Below the pieces are notes generated by a model. That model was not told the origin of the DNA and ran no database searches. It saw only the letters and a list, made by a program, of their open reading frames with translations. Below are positions 29,530-37,656 of a DNA stretch of 64,000 nucleotides, piece after piece. This DNA comes from a virus (taxonomy: Duplodnaviria > Caudoviricetes): positions 1 through 64,000 of IMG/VR virus record IMGVR_UViG_3300042268_000478, one strand, 5' to 3'. Numbering within the stretch: position 1 is the first letter of the stretch; every line of letters begins with the position of its first letter. A program made the translations under genes and the position numbers.

Positions 29530-30302
29530 GATTCACCGCCTTGGTCTGCGACTTGGTAGGCTTCAATAAAAGCCTGCCATGACAGCGGCAGTTCGGACGG
29601 CAGATTGAAGCGGTTTTTTGCGATACATGCCGGGCTACCAATCGTCCGCAGGATGCGTTCGCCGCCGTCAGCGCCGATAGGAGAAGCCACTCCGCGTTCA
29701 ACATTGAAACCGCTGGCTTCTTTCTGAACTCTGAATTTCTTGCTGGCGAACAAAATTGCATCAACCCATTCGGACAGCAGAGCGTTGGCGTGTTTGTGCA
29801 GACGCGGGGTGTAGCGGTCATAGGCCGAAGTTTCCGGGTCTTCAAACTTTTCGACCTTGGAATGGGCAATCAGAATTACGATCATGCCGCGCATATCGCG
29901 GAGCTGCTCCAGCAGTCCGATGATTTTGCGCCAATGCGTGAGAGCATGGGTGTAGCCTCGGGCATAGCCGCCGTCGGCTTTTTCGATGGAGCGGACGCCG
30001 TATTCCTTACATACTTCATCGAAAATCAACCGTTCAAGCCAGTCGATTGAATCAATGACAACACTTTGGAAGTCATGTTCTTCATCACGAAGCGCGGTCA
30101 ACGCCTGGACGACATCGGTGAAAAATTTCGCCAGCGGGAACTTATGACAGTCAATTTCGCCAAGCCCATCCTCTGTTTGAATAAAAACAGGCTTCGGGGC
30201 GTTTGCACCGAGGGTTGATTTGCCGATGCCTTCCGAACCGTAGACCATCAGGCGTGGCGGTTTTTGTTCCTTACCGGATTTAATGTTTGCGAGCATACTC
30301 AT
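29526..30302 (-). CDS. AAA_24/Sak4-like ATPase (phage recombination)
   Basis: YGSEGIGKST, VVIDSIDWLE, ILIAHS, AKNR. Confidence 0.9.
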   Translation of the reverse strand: MSMLANIKSGKEQKPPRLMVYGSEGIGKSTLGANAPKPVFIQTEDGLGEIDCHKFPLAKFFTDVVQALTALRDEEHDFQSVVIDSIDWLERLIFDEVCKEYGVRSIEKADGGYARGYTHALTHWRKIIGLLEQLRDMRGMIVILIAHSKVEKFEDPETSAYDRYTPRLHKHANALLSEWVDAILFASKKFRVQKEASGFNVERGVASPIGADGGERILRTIGSPACIAKNRFNLPSELPLSWQAFIEAYQVADQGGES

Positions 30303-30321
30303 AGTGTGTTTCTCCTTGGGG

Positions 30322-31128
30322 TTATATGTTGTCGATTAAACGGATATCTTCGTAACCGGTCGGCCATGCGTTGCTGGTACAGCAGGCTTTGTAGCGATTC
30401 AGCGCGGCGCGGTTGATGGTTTCAGCCGCATCCAAAACTTCGTCGGCCAGCTTCCATACGCCAGTGGAGTACGGCTCGTTCTTCTCAACCGCAATGATGT
30501 GTACCGGGACGGTTTTGCCAGTAGCTTCGCGGATGATTGCCCGGTAAAAGGCAAGTTGAAGTACATAACCAAAGCGACGGGCGTCGGATTCAAACCAATG
30601 CAATTCGTTACAGGTTTTAAGGTCGATAAGACCAGGTCGAGGCGAGAACCAGTCCATGCGAATCTGACACAGAACTCCACAGTATTCAGCTCTGACAACG
30701 CCTTCTGCCACACCTTCGTTGAGAAATTCAGCGGCGGCAGGATGCAGCCATACGGAAGTCTGAAGCTTAATCATCAGTCCATAGTCTTTGCCGGATATGA
30801 TCTCACGTTCCTGGGATTCGAGCCAGTCGGCATAAGCCTTGCTGGTCTTACCAAACGGTTGCCCGGTTCTGGGATTAACCGGTCCGTCCGCGACCAGATA
30901 ATCACGGTCAAAGGCTGACCTGCCTTCGAGAATGAGGCTGTGGGTCGCTCGGCCGATGGTGAAAGCCGGGCTTTCGGTTTCGATGATCTCACCGAGTATT
31001 TTCTTGCGGTAGAGAGCCGGAGATTTCCGGAAGTCAGCCAGCAAATGGCTCGACATAAATTCTCCGCTGCGGCTACGGTCATGGTACATGTCCGCCGGTT
31101 CATGGGTGATGAAATTAATGTTGTTCAT
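30322..31128 (-). CDS. PD-(D/E)XK exonuclease (RecE/DUF3799-like)
   Basis: SSH.L, GRATHSLILE, RMDW..IDLKT, QLAFY; AAGGAG SD before ATG 31128. Confidence 0.85.
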   Translation of the reverse strand: MNNINFITHEPADMYHDRSRSGEFMSSHLLADFRKSPALYRKKILGEIIETESPAFTIGRATHSLILEGRSAFDRDYLVADGPVNPRTGQPFGKTSKAYADWLESQEREIISGKDYGLMIKLQTSVWLHPAAAEFLNEGVAEGVVRAEYCGVLCQIRMDWFSPRPGLIDLKTCNELHWFESDARRFGYVLQLAFYRAIIREATGKTVPVHIIAVEKNEPYSTGVWKLADEVLDAAETINRAALNRYKACCTSNAWPTGYEDIRLIDNI

Positions 31129-31155
31129 GGTGTTTATCTCCTTGTTGAAAAAACA

Positions 31156-31210
31156 ATGTGTCTCTATCCTTTTTCTTTCCCGATTTTTGGAAATCACTCT
31201 GATGTTTTTG
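31156..31210 (-). repeat. 55-bp inverted repeat, left copy (probable promoter of the leftward operon)
   Basis: Reverse complement matches 35525-35579 at 54/55; ends 27 nt before ATG 31128. Confidence 0.9.
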
Positions 31211-31218
31211 CAAAAAAA

Positions 31219-31809
31219 TCAGAAAAAATCAGCATAATCAGCAAAAGCCTGTTTGATTGACGGCATTAAACGGTGATAAAAGGCATACGTGCTGAACCCC
31301 AGTTGCCTTCTTGCCTGCTCTTGCGAATATCCATCCATAATCAACTCACAAATGGATTTTTCTGTATCCGATAGTGTTAAGAGAATTTTAGCGACATCAT
31401 CTTTAAGGCAGTTAGCGGTATGATAATCCTGGGCGAGAACATCACATAAGTCCTGTGATATTTTCTGCTGTTCATCTGCTTCCTGCTCCATAAGGTTTTC
31501 AAGTGAAAACATGGGAGAATCGATATTTTTTCGGATTCTGTAGCGAAACACCTTCTTTGCTGCGCGATCAATTACCAAATTGGTAAACGTGACGTATGAT
31601 CCTTTGTCGACAGTGTAGTTTTCGAATGCTTGGATCACTGCAAATGATAGTTCTTGCTTCAAGTCTTCCAAATCCGACTGGTTAAGGTTTGATGTTCCAA
31701 TCATTTTTTTCGCTGTGAAATGGATTGTTGCGGCTACCTCTTTGGTAATTGCAGTTTCAGGGGCTTCTGCAGGTACGTTGCCTGCGACTTCATGTGCTTG
31801 GTTTTCCAT
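31219..31809 (-). CDS. sigma-70 family (ECF-like) RNA polymerase sigma factor
   Basis: Region 2-like DLEDLKQEL...FENY..DKGSYVTF and region 4-like LSDTEKSICELIMDGYSQEQARRQLG; GGAG SD before ATG 31809. Confidence 0.75.
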   Translation of the reverse strand: MENQAHEVAGNVPAEAPETAITKEVAATIHFTAKKMIGTSNLNQSDLEDLKQELSFAVIQAFENYTVDKGSYVTFTNLVIDRAAKKVFRYRIRKNIDSPMFSLENLMEQEADEQQKISQDLCDVLAQDYHTANCLKDDVAKILLTLSDTEKSICELIMDGYSQEQARRQLGFSTYAFYHRLMPSIKQAFADYADFF

Positions 31810-32166
31810 TGTGCAAAACTCCAAGTTGTGTTGTTTGGGTGATGCCGAATGCACCAGCCTTCACAGCCAGGAGTTTTTTGCACAAAAATGTCTCTGAAAT
31901 TATTTCAAGAAATCGCAAGTCGTTTATTATCAATGATAAAAAATTTTATTGTTTTGTTTTTTGCATTGCATGAAAACGTGGCAAATGCAAAATCAAGGAG
32001 AGTTGCAAGTCAATTTTCAATTGCGTAAACCATGATGGTGATTACTTTTGAGCTTGATGGCAAAAAATATTGAAAAATGTAATAAAAGAGGATTGTAACA
32101 TGTCTTTGTGTGAACTATATTGATTACATAAGAAAAATTTAGAATCTAAAACAGTAAGGAGCAACC

Positions 32167-32550
32167 ATGCCTGGAAGCAAAGAATTTGGAAGTAGGATTA
32201 AAAGTTTACGGGAAGCGAAAAAGCAGACAAACCCGAACTACACCTTGCGCCAATTTGCCCTCCAATTAGGGATAAGCGCAACCTTCCTGAGCAAGGTTGA
32301 GCGGGGAGAGATTCCAGCTCCAACCGACAAAATCATTAAAATGGCTGAACTGCTCGACTGCGATTCTGACGAGTTGCTTGCCCTTGCCGACAAGGTTGAC
32401 CCTGAATTGAGTGACATAATAAAAGAGAAGCCTGTTGAAATGGCTTCATTCCTGCGTTCAGCACGAGGTTTATCTTCAGAACAGCTCAAGCGTTTTCAAG
32501 GGTACATGGAAAGCGAGTCAAGAGAAGGAGGGGGCGGAGAAGATGATTAA
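32167..32550 (+). CDS. XRE-family repressor (ImmR-like)
   Basis: TLRQFALQLGISATFLSKVERGE HTH; upstream of ImmA and divergent from the sigma gene. Confidence 0.9.
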   Translation: MPGSKEFGSRIKSLREAKKQTNPNYTLRQFALQLGISATFLSKVERGEIPAPTDKIIKMAELLDCDSDELLALADKVDPELSDIIKEKPVEMASFLRSARGLSSEQLKRFQGYMESESREGGGGEDD

Positions 32551-33244
32551 TGACGTTCCATTCCTTCATGATTCTGTAATTGAGCGTAAAAGCATTGAAG
32601 TTATAAAAGAATATGAGCAAAAATATAATCAAAAAATAAGTATTCCAGTCCCAGTGGAGAACATGCTTGATGCGTTGTATGATTTTATAGTTGAACCTCA
32701 AGATTTATGCGCAAAACACAAGGCTGACGTACTGGCAGAACTCCATATCCTTGAAGGGCGCAGAGATATTTATATCGACAAATCCATACATCCGGATTAT
32801 CATCCTGAAAAGTTAGGGCGTTACAACTTTACGCTTGGCCATGAGATGGGACATTGGATATTGCATTGCCCACAGATTTTAATGATGGAGCAAACACCTG
32901 ACATATTCAAGCCCGGCGAGCCAGTAGTTATTTGCCGGTCATCGTCAAAAGAAAGGCGTGAAACTCAAGCTGATATCTTTTCAGGAATGTTTCTCATGCC
33001 GCACTATTTGCTTAGCGAGGCATGGATTGAGGCTACCGGCAGTGATGCTCCGGTTAATGTTTATGATGAACTCAATCAGCTTCGTACAGCAAGAGGTTTG
33101 CCGAAAAATGACCGTAGCGTAAGTTGCGAAATAGCACGAGAACTTGCTCCATTGTTTGACGTGTCGGCTCAAGCAATGCAGATACGACTGGACAAGGCTG
33201 GTTTCATTTCAACCGAGGAAGATTTACAGCCGTCTTTATTTTAA
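32543..33244 (+). CDS. ImmA/IrrE metallopeptidase
   Basis: RYNFTLGHEMGHW (HExxH), E.QAD.F...FLMP, FDVSAQAMQIRL. Confidence 0.9.
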   Translation: MINDVPFLHDSVIERKSIEVIKEYEQKYNQKISIPVPVENMLDALYDFIVEPQDLCAKHKADVLAELHILEGRRDIYIDKSIHPDYHPEKLGRYNFTLGHEMGHWILHCPQILMMEQTPDIFKPGEPVVICRSSSKERRETQADIFSGMFLMPHYLLSEAWIEATGSDAPVNVYDELNQLRTARGLPKNDRSVSCEIARELAPLFDVSAQAMQIRLDKAGFISTEEDLQPSLF

Positions 33245-33267
33245 CAGATATATTTTTTTATTAATCG

Positions 33268-33287
33268 TGTAACCTGTTAAGGTTACA
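33268..33287. promoter_or_regulatory. candidate repressor operator
   Basis: Perfect IR TGTAACC-N6-GGTTACA; related TGTGAAC-N6-GATTACA at 32109-32128. Confidence 0.5.
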
Positions 33288-33319
33288 TAATACACAGGCA
33301 AATTAAGGAGAACTGAAAA

Positions 33320-34489
33320 ATGGCAAATACTTATCATGCCAAAAAAGTGTTCAGGGTTGTTGACCGGGAGCTGTTGCAGAGATTCTTTGCAAAATTCGAA
33401 ACGCAACTTCCGGTTGACTGGACGTTGGACAAGCCGAAAAAATTTACAAATGAACTCTTTGAAGCCTTTTTGAGTCTGGATGATGGACTAAAAACAACAA
33501 TCGAGAGCGCTTTGCACGAGATTCATTCGGTCATTCAGCGGGAACAAAATGCCAAGATGATTCACGGATTATTGAATTTCGACGGCATAATTGTCCCGAA
33601 TAAGATTAAAGATGGCTGTATCCAAGACCTTGCGATGTGGCTTTATCTTGAGTCTGAATCACTATGGATACAGTGCATTCGCTATGCGCTCACCGATAAA
33701 TGTGCCGAACGTTTTTGGTTTGTCCGCCAATTGCCTTGCGACTTGGACTATGAAAAAGATTACTCTGATGATCAGTTTGAAGCTATGAAACGCGAAATAT
33801 GCGCATTTGTGTATAAACGCGAAGGGCGTGGCAAACATGCCTACGTTGAATATTTCGAACGCGAGGGGCGGTATGAATACTTCTTTGTTTATCTGAGCAA
33901 TTATATCACCCAAACTATGCAGTGGCGGGGCGGTGAAAAATTCAACCGTGAATTTGACTACAGTTCATATGAGATGGTGTTCATTTACGACCGTAAAGAG
34001 AGGCAACTTCAAGTAAAAACCACCGGAGTTCGCGATTACAAACTTTGCTTATGTATGATTTGGGCGGAGGCCATGCGCAATACCAAGATTACCGACGATG
34101 AACGCGAAAAACCAAGCTTTAATGTTGAACCGTTAATCAACGGGGATTATGCTTTGCCGCCGGACGCTGACGGAAAAGTAAAAAGGGCTTTTGTAACTGC
34201 GCTCGGCTTGAACATCCGGGGATGTCCAGGCAGTAAGCGTGTATTTGAAGAACCCAACGGCGGCATTCATGAAAAAATTCAAAATGAATGCAGTGGCGAG
34301 ATTTACAATTCGATGATGGTCTACCCATACATGGCTAAAATCAGGATCGAACTTGGAGACGAATATGGTCGCTCAAGGAATCAAACTATAACCATAACCG
34401 AGGACTCCTGCAATATACATAACAAGAATCCAAAAGTTCGGGATGTTCTGCAGGACTGCCTTAAGAGGTGGAACCTTGTCGCGGCATGA
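33320..34489 (+). CDS. conserved hypothetical protein of repressor/ImmA operons
   Basis: 389-aa ORF with AAGGAG SD; co-oriented after ImmA. Confidence 0.7.
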   Translation: MANTYHAKKVFRVVDRELLQRFFAKFETQLPVDWTLDKPKKFTNELFEAFLSLDDGLKTTIESALHEIHSVIQREQNAKMIHGLLNFDGIIVPNKIKDGCIQDLAMWLYLESESLWIQCIRYALTDKCAERFWFVRQLPCDLDYEKDYSDDQFEAMKREICAFVYKREGRGKHAYVEYFEREGRYEYFFVYLSNYITQTMQWRGGEKFNREFDYSSYEMVFIYDRKERQLQVKTTGVRDYKLCLCMIWAEAMRNTKITDDEREKPSFNVEPLINGDYALPPDADGKVKRAFVTALGLNIRGCPGSKRVFEEPNGGIHEKIQNECSGEIYNSMMVYPYMAKIRIELGDEYGRSRNQTITITEDSCNIHNKNPKVRDVLQDCLKRWNLVAA

Positions 34490-35405
34490 ATTCCAACCAA
34501 TAGCTTCAATGCTGAACCTGCCCAATCCAGTATGGACTATTCATGAGCTTGGAAACGTTGATAATCCTCTTGTTGCCAATGGATTGCTCAAGGAACTACC
34601 TCGCGACAATGTGGCGAAATGTCCATGTGAGAACGGTCATTGGGAAGAAGTCAGCCGGATAAGCAATGGTTCGGGAAACGTTGCAGATACACTGTTTTGC
34701 CCTTATAGCGGATGTTTCGTCCAGTTGCCGAAAAACGCTCTCAGGCGGTGGAGTTTTGACGGCGGCCGGTTAGCCGAAATGCTCGCGGATGAGATGCATT
34801 GTGTGCAAAAACAAATCATACCTTTATTGCCAAACCAGCTTTGGAGTCTTGGAGAAAGCCAAAGGGCAATTGCAGGGCGAAGAAGACAGGTTTTCTTGGC
34901 TTTGCGCCTTAGCGAATCGGCGGAACACTTATACAGGTTGCTTCCCACGGGCAAAACGCCTATCTTATTCTGTGCTGGAGCAAATGCCCAATATACCAAT
35001 AGCTTTGACTCCAACAGGATTTTTCTATTACATGAAGTTGCTTGGTTTGAGCATAGCGTCTTGAATATTGACATGGCAATACTAAACGACAGGCTGTCAG
35101 ATAAACCTGTTGAACAACCGAAAGCCAAAGTAGCTGGAAGCAAGAGCCGTAATGACGCCATTATGAAAATAAAAGAAGAGTTGCGAGCAAGGTTGCAAGG
35201 AGCGAACCGTCATTATTGGCATCATTTCGACAACGGTAATGGTGAAAAACTGCTTCCGCGCCCAACCTTAGAACAAATAGCCACTGCTATAGGACGGAGC
35301 ACCAGCACCGTTTCGCGTATAATCAACTCTGAACAAGACCGGGAATTAACAATGCTCTGGCAAGGAGGCAATGACGTCAATTTTGTAAAGCAATACCGCA
35401 GATAA
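34443..35405 (+). CDS. hypothetical protein with Cys/His cluster and C-terminal HTH
   Basis: CPCENGH..CPYSGC; PTLEQIATAIGRSTSTVSRII; true start may be TTG near 34476. Confidence 0.7.
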   Translation: MFCRTALRGGTLSRHEFQPIASMLNLPNPVWTIHELGNVDNPLVANGLLKELPRDNVAKCPCENGHWEEVSRISNGSGNVADTLFCPYSGCFVQLPKNALRRWSFDGGRLAEMLADEMHCVQKQIIPLLPNQLWSLGESQRAIAGRRRQVFLALRLSESAEHLYRLLPTGKTPILFCAGANAQYTNSFDSNRIFLLHEVAWFEHSVLNIDMAILNDRLSDKPVEQPKAKVAGSKSRNDAIMKIKEELRARLQGANRHYWHHFDNGNGEKLLPRPTLEQIATAIGRSTSTVSRIINSEQDRELTMLWQGGNDVNFVKQYRR

Positions 35406-35434
35406 TGATCTGAATCACCATATTTTTCTTTGAT

Positions 35435-35474
35435 TCCACTATCGGAAGGATTTTTCCGATAGTGGATTTTTTTT
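35435..35474 (+). terminator. rho-independent terminator closing the immunity operon
   Basis: 13-bp stem TCCACTATCGGAA/TTCCGATAGTGGA followed by T8. Confidence 0.85.
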
Positions 35475-35524
35475 GCCATTTGAGGTGAAATGAACCTTCA
35501 CGTCAAAAAAAACGAAAAAAAGTT

Positions 35525-35579
35525 CAAAAACATCAGAGTGATTTCCAAAAATCGGGAAAGAAAAAGGATAGAGGCACAT
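35525..35579 (+). repeat. 55-bp inverted repeat, right copy (probable promoter of the head-tail operon)
   Basis: CAAAAACATCAGAGTGATTTCCAAAAATCGGGAAAGAAAAAGGATAGAGGCACAT; 32 nt before ATG 35612. Confidence 0.9.
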
Positions 35580-35611
35580 CACTTTTTGAATTTTAACCCA
35601 AAGGGAAATAT

Positions 35612-37459
35612 ATGAATTACGGAAGCGTCTGCAGCGGAGTCGAGTCCGCTACACTGGCATGGAAGCGGCTCGGCTGGACTGCCAAATTCTTTGCCGAGGT
35701 CGAGCCGTTCCCGGTGGCGGTTTTGCATCATAGATTTGATGCGACACGTCCGCTGCGTTCGCTTGACCCAGCGGAAGCGGCCAGCGAAAAAGAGCGCAAA
35801 GAGCGTGACCGCTGGCAAAGATACAACGCCGAACTGCCCGATGGCGGCAGCATCCCGAATCTCGGCGATTTCACTCGAATAAAGGAGAATGATTATAATG
35901 GAAATATTGACTTGCTCGTCGGGGGAACTCCCTGCCAGTCGTATTCAGTTGCTGGCTTGCGAAAAGGAATCGAAGACCCCAGAGGCAACCTCGCGCTTGA
36001 GTTTGTTAAACTGGCTTATCGCACAGGCTCCCGCTGGATTTGTTGGGAAAATGTGCCGGGCGTCTTGTCGAGCGGGAAAGGACAAGATTTTGCCAGCTTC
36101 TTATCGCTTTTGTGCGGATGGGAAGTCGCAGCCCCAAAGCCACGATGGAGCAAATCAGGAATCATCACGCCAGCTTCAGGATGTTTCGGGTTGGCATGGC
36201 GAATTATGGACGCTCAATATACCCGAGTGGAATCTTTTCCCCACGCCGTGCCACAACGCCGACGCCGTTTGTTCGTTATCGGATATCTTGGAGAGTGGCT
36301 CTATCCCGCACAAGTATTATTTGACGGCGAAATGCGCGTTGGGGATACTCCGCCGCGCCGCGAAAAGAGGAAAAGACTTGCCAAAAATTCTCAAGGCGGC
36401 GCTCATACGGCAAAGTCAATCCGAATGCGCGGTGATTCCGGAAATGGAGGAAAAGGCGCACTTGTAGGAACTGAATTAAGTCACACATTGGCAACCGGAA
36501 ATGACCAAACCATAGTCTGTTTGCCGGAGGATGAAGATAAGACCTGTTTTGACATTCGGCAGGTGGAACTCAACGAAACCGAGCTTGCGCCTACTTTAAT
36601 CGCTACCGACTATAAAGGTGGCAAGGCGATTTCAATATACCATCAGCGCAAAGCTGAAAGCATGTGTCCGCTGGAAGAATGTTCAAACACACTCACCAAC
36701 GGCACGGCACCGGGGCATCAGAATGCCGTTTGTTTTGAAAATCACGGCAACGACAGCCGGGTTAAAGAGGTTGAAGTTTCACCAACTCTCACGAAACGCC
36801 TCGGGACAGGCGGCAATAACACGCCAATAGTTTTCGAGAATACAGGCAAATGCAGCCGGGCAAATCAGACAAAAGTTTCTCAAACCATCACCTCATCGGC
36901 TACCAGTTCAAATAAACTACCGTTGGTGCTGGAGAAAAATAATAAGGTCGCATCGCATGAGCAACCCAGGTGCGAAAAAGATGCACAACGCAAAGACGGC
37001 GAACCGTCAGCTCACGATGCGGCCGACCTTTTAGGTTTTATCAAAAACGACGCCGGTGGCGACCAGGATGGCTATTGGGAGGATGTTTTTCCTACAATTA
37101 GAAGTCAGGTCACGCCAGCGGTTGCAGTCGCTGAAAACATCATCGGTCGCCAAGCCCAAAACGGCGGTAATGGAGTGGGCGCTAAGGAAGAAGTCAGTTA
37201 TACCCTCAACTGCACCGGCGTTCATGGAGTAGCTCATAACGCTACCGTGCGGAGGCTGCTGCCAATCGAATGCGAAAGACTGATGGGATTCCCCGACAAC
37301 CATACACGCATCCCTTGGAAGGGCAAACCGGAAGAAGATTGCCCGAACGCACCACGTTACAAAGCCTGCGGAAACAGCATGTGTGTAAATGTGATGAGCT
37401 GGCTGGGCGAACGGATAAACCAAGTTGAAAACAATATACAAAAGCAAGGACGCATATGA
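35612..37459 (+). CDS. phage DNA (cytosine-5) methyltransferase with expanded variable region
   Basis: SVCSGVE, GGTPCQ, WENVPG, QRRRR, RRLLPIECERLMGFPD, GNSM. Confidence 0.9.
   Translation: MNYGSVCSGVESATLAWKRLGWTAKFFAEVEPFPVAVLHHRFDATRPLRSLDPAEAASEKERKERDRWQRYNAELPDGGSIPNLGDFTRIKENDYNGNIDLLVGGTPCQSYSVAGLRKGIEDPRGNLALEFVKLAYRTGSRWICWENVPGVLSSGKGQDFASFLSLLCGWEVAAPKPRWSKSGIITPASGCFGLAWRIMDAQYTRVESFPHAVPQRRRRLFVIGYLGEWLYPAQVLFDGEMRVGDTPPRREKRKRLAKNSQGGAHTAKSIRMRGDSGNGGKGALVGTELSHTLATGNDQTIVCLPEDEDKTCFDIRQVELNETELAPTLIATDYKGGKAISIYHQRKAESMCPLEECSNTLTNGTAPGHQNAVCFENHGNDSRVKEVEVSPTLTKRLGTGGNNTPIVFENTGKCSRANQTKVSQTITSSATSSNKLPLVLEKNNKVASHEQPRCEKDAQRKDGEPSAHDAADLLGFIKNDAGGDQDGYWEDVFPTIRSQVTPAVAVAENIIGRQAQNGGNGVGAKEEVSYTLNCTGVHGVAHNATVRRLLPIECERLMGFPDNHTRIPWKGKPEEDCPNAPRYKACGNSMCVNVMSWLGERINQVENNIQKQGRI
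35889..36467 (+). CDS. nested +1-frame ORF resembling the M.EcoHK31I beta-type polypeptide
   Basis: GELWTLN..E...CSLSDILE...KYYLTAKCALGILRRAAKRGKDLP..LKAAL; true start uncertain. Confidence 0.6.
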   Translation: MIIMEILTCSSGELPASRIQLLACEKESKTPEATSRLSLLNWLIAQAPAGFVGKMCRASCRAGKDKILPASYRFCADGKSQPQSHDGANQESSRQLQDVSGWHGELWTLNIPEWNLFPTPCHNADAVCSLSDILESGSIPHKYYLTAKCALGILRRAAKRGKDLPKILKAALIRQSQSECAVIPEMEEKAHL

Positions 37460-37656
37460 GCGAAAACACAAATTTAGAAGAACAAATCCGCGATAATGCG
37501 GTACAGCCAAAGTCGGCGGAAGTTGATGGGCAAAAAGTCGAACAGCATCCATTGAAAGACCAAATCGCCGTTGACTCTTACCTTGAGGGAAAAAAGGCAA
37601 TGCGCCGGAAGAACTCTGGGCTGAAAATCACTAAACTTCAACATTCGGGGGCGTGA
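37456..37656 (+). CDS. head completion protein (gpW-like position)
   Basis: 66 aa immediately before the portal; PKSAEVDGQKVEQH.L.DQI. Confidence 0.6.
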   Translation: MSENTNLEEQIRDNAVQPKSAEVDGQKVEQHPLKDQIAVDSYLEGKKAMRRKNSGLKITKLQHSGA

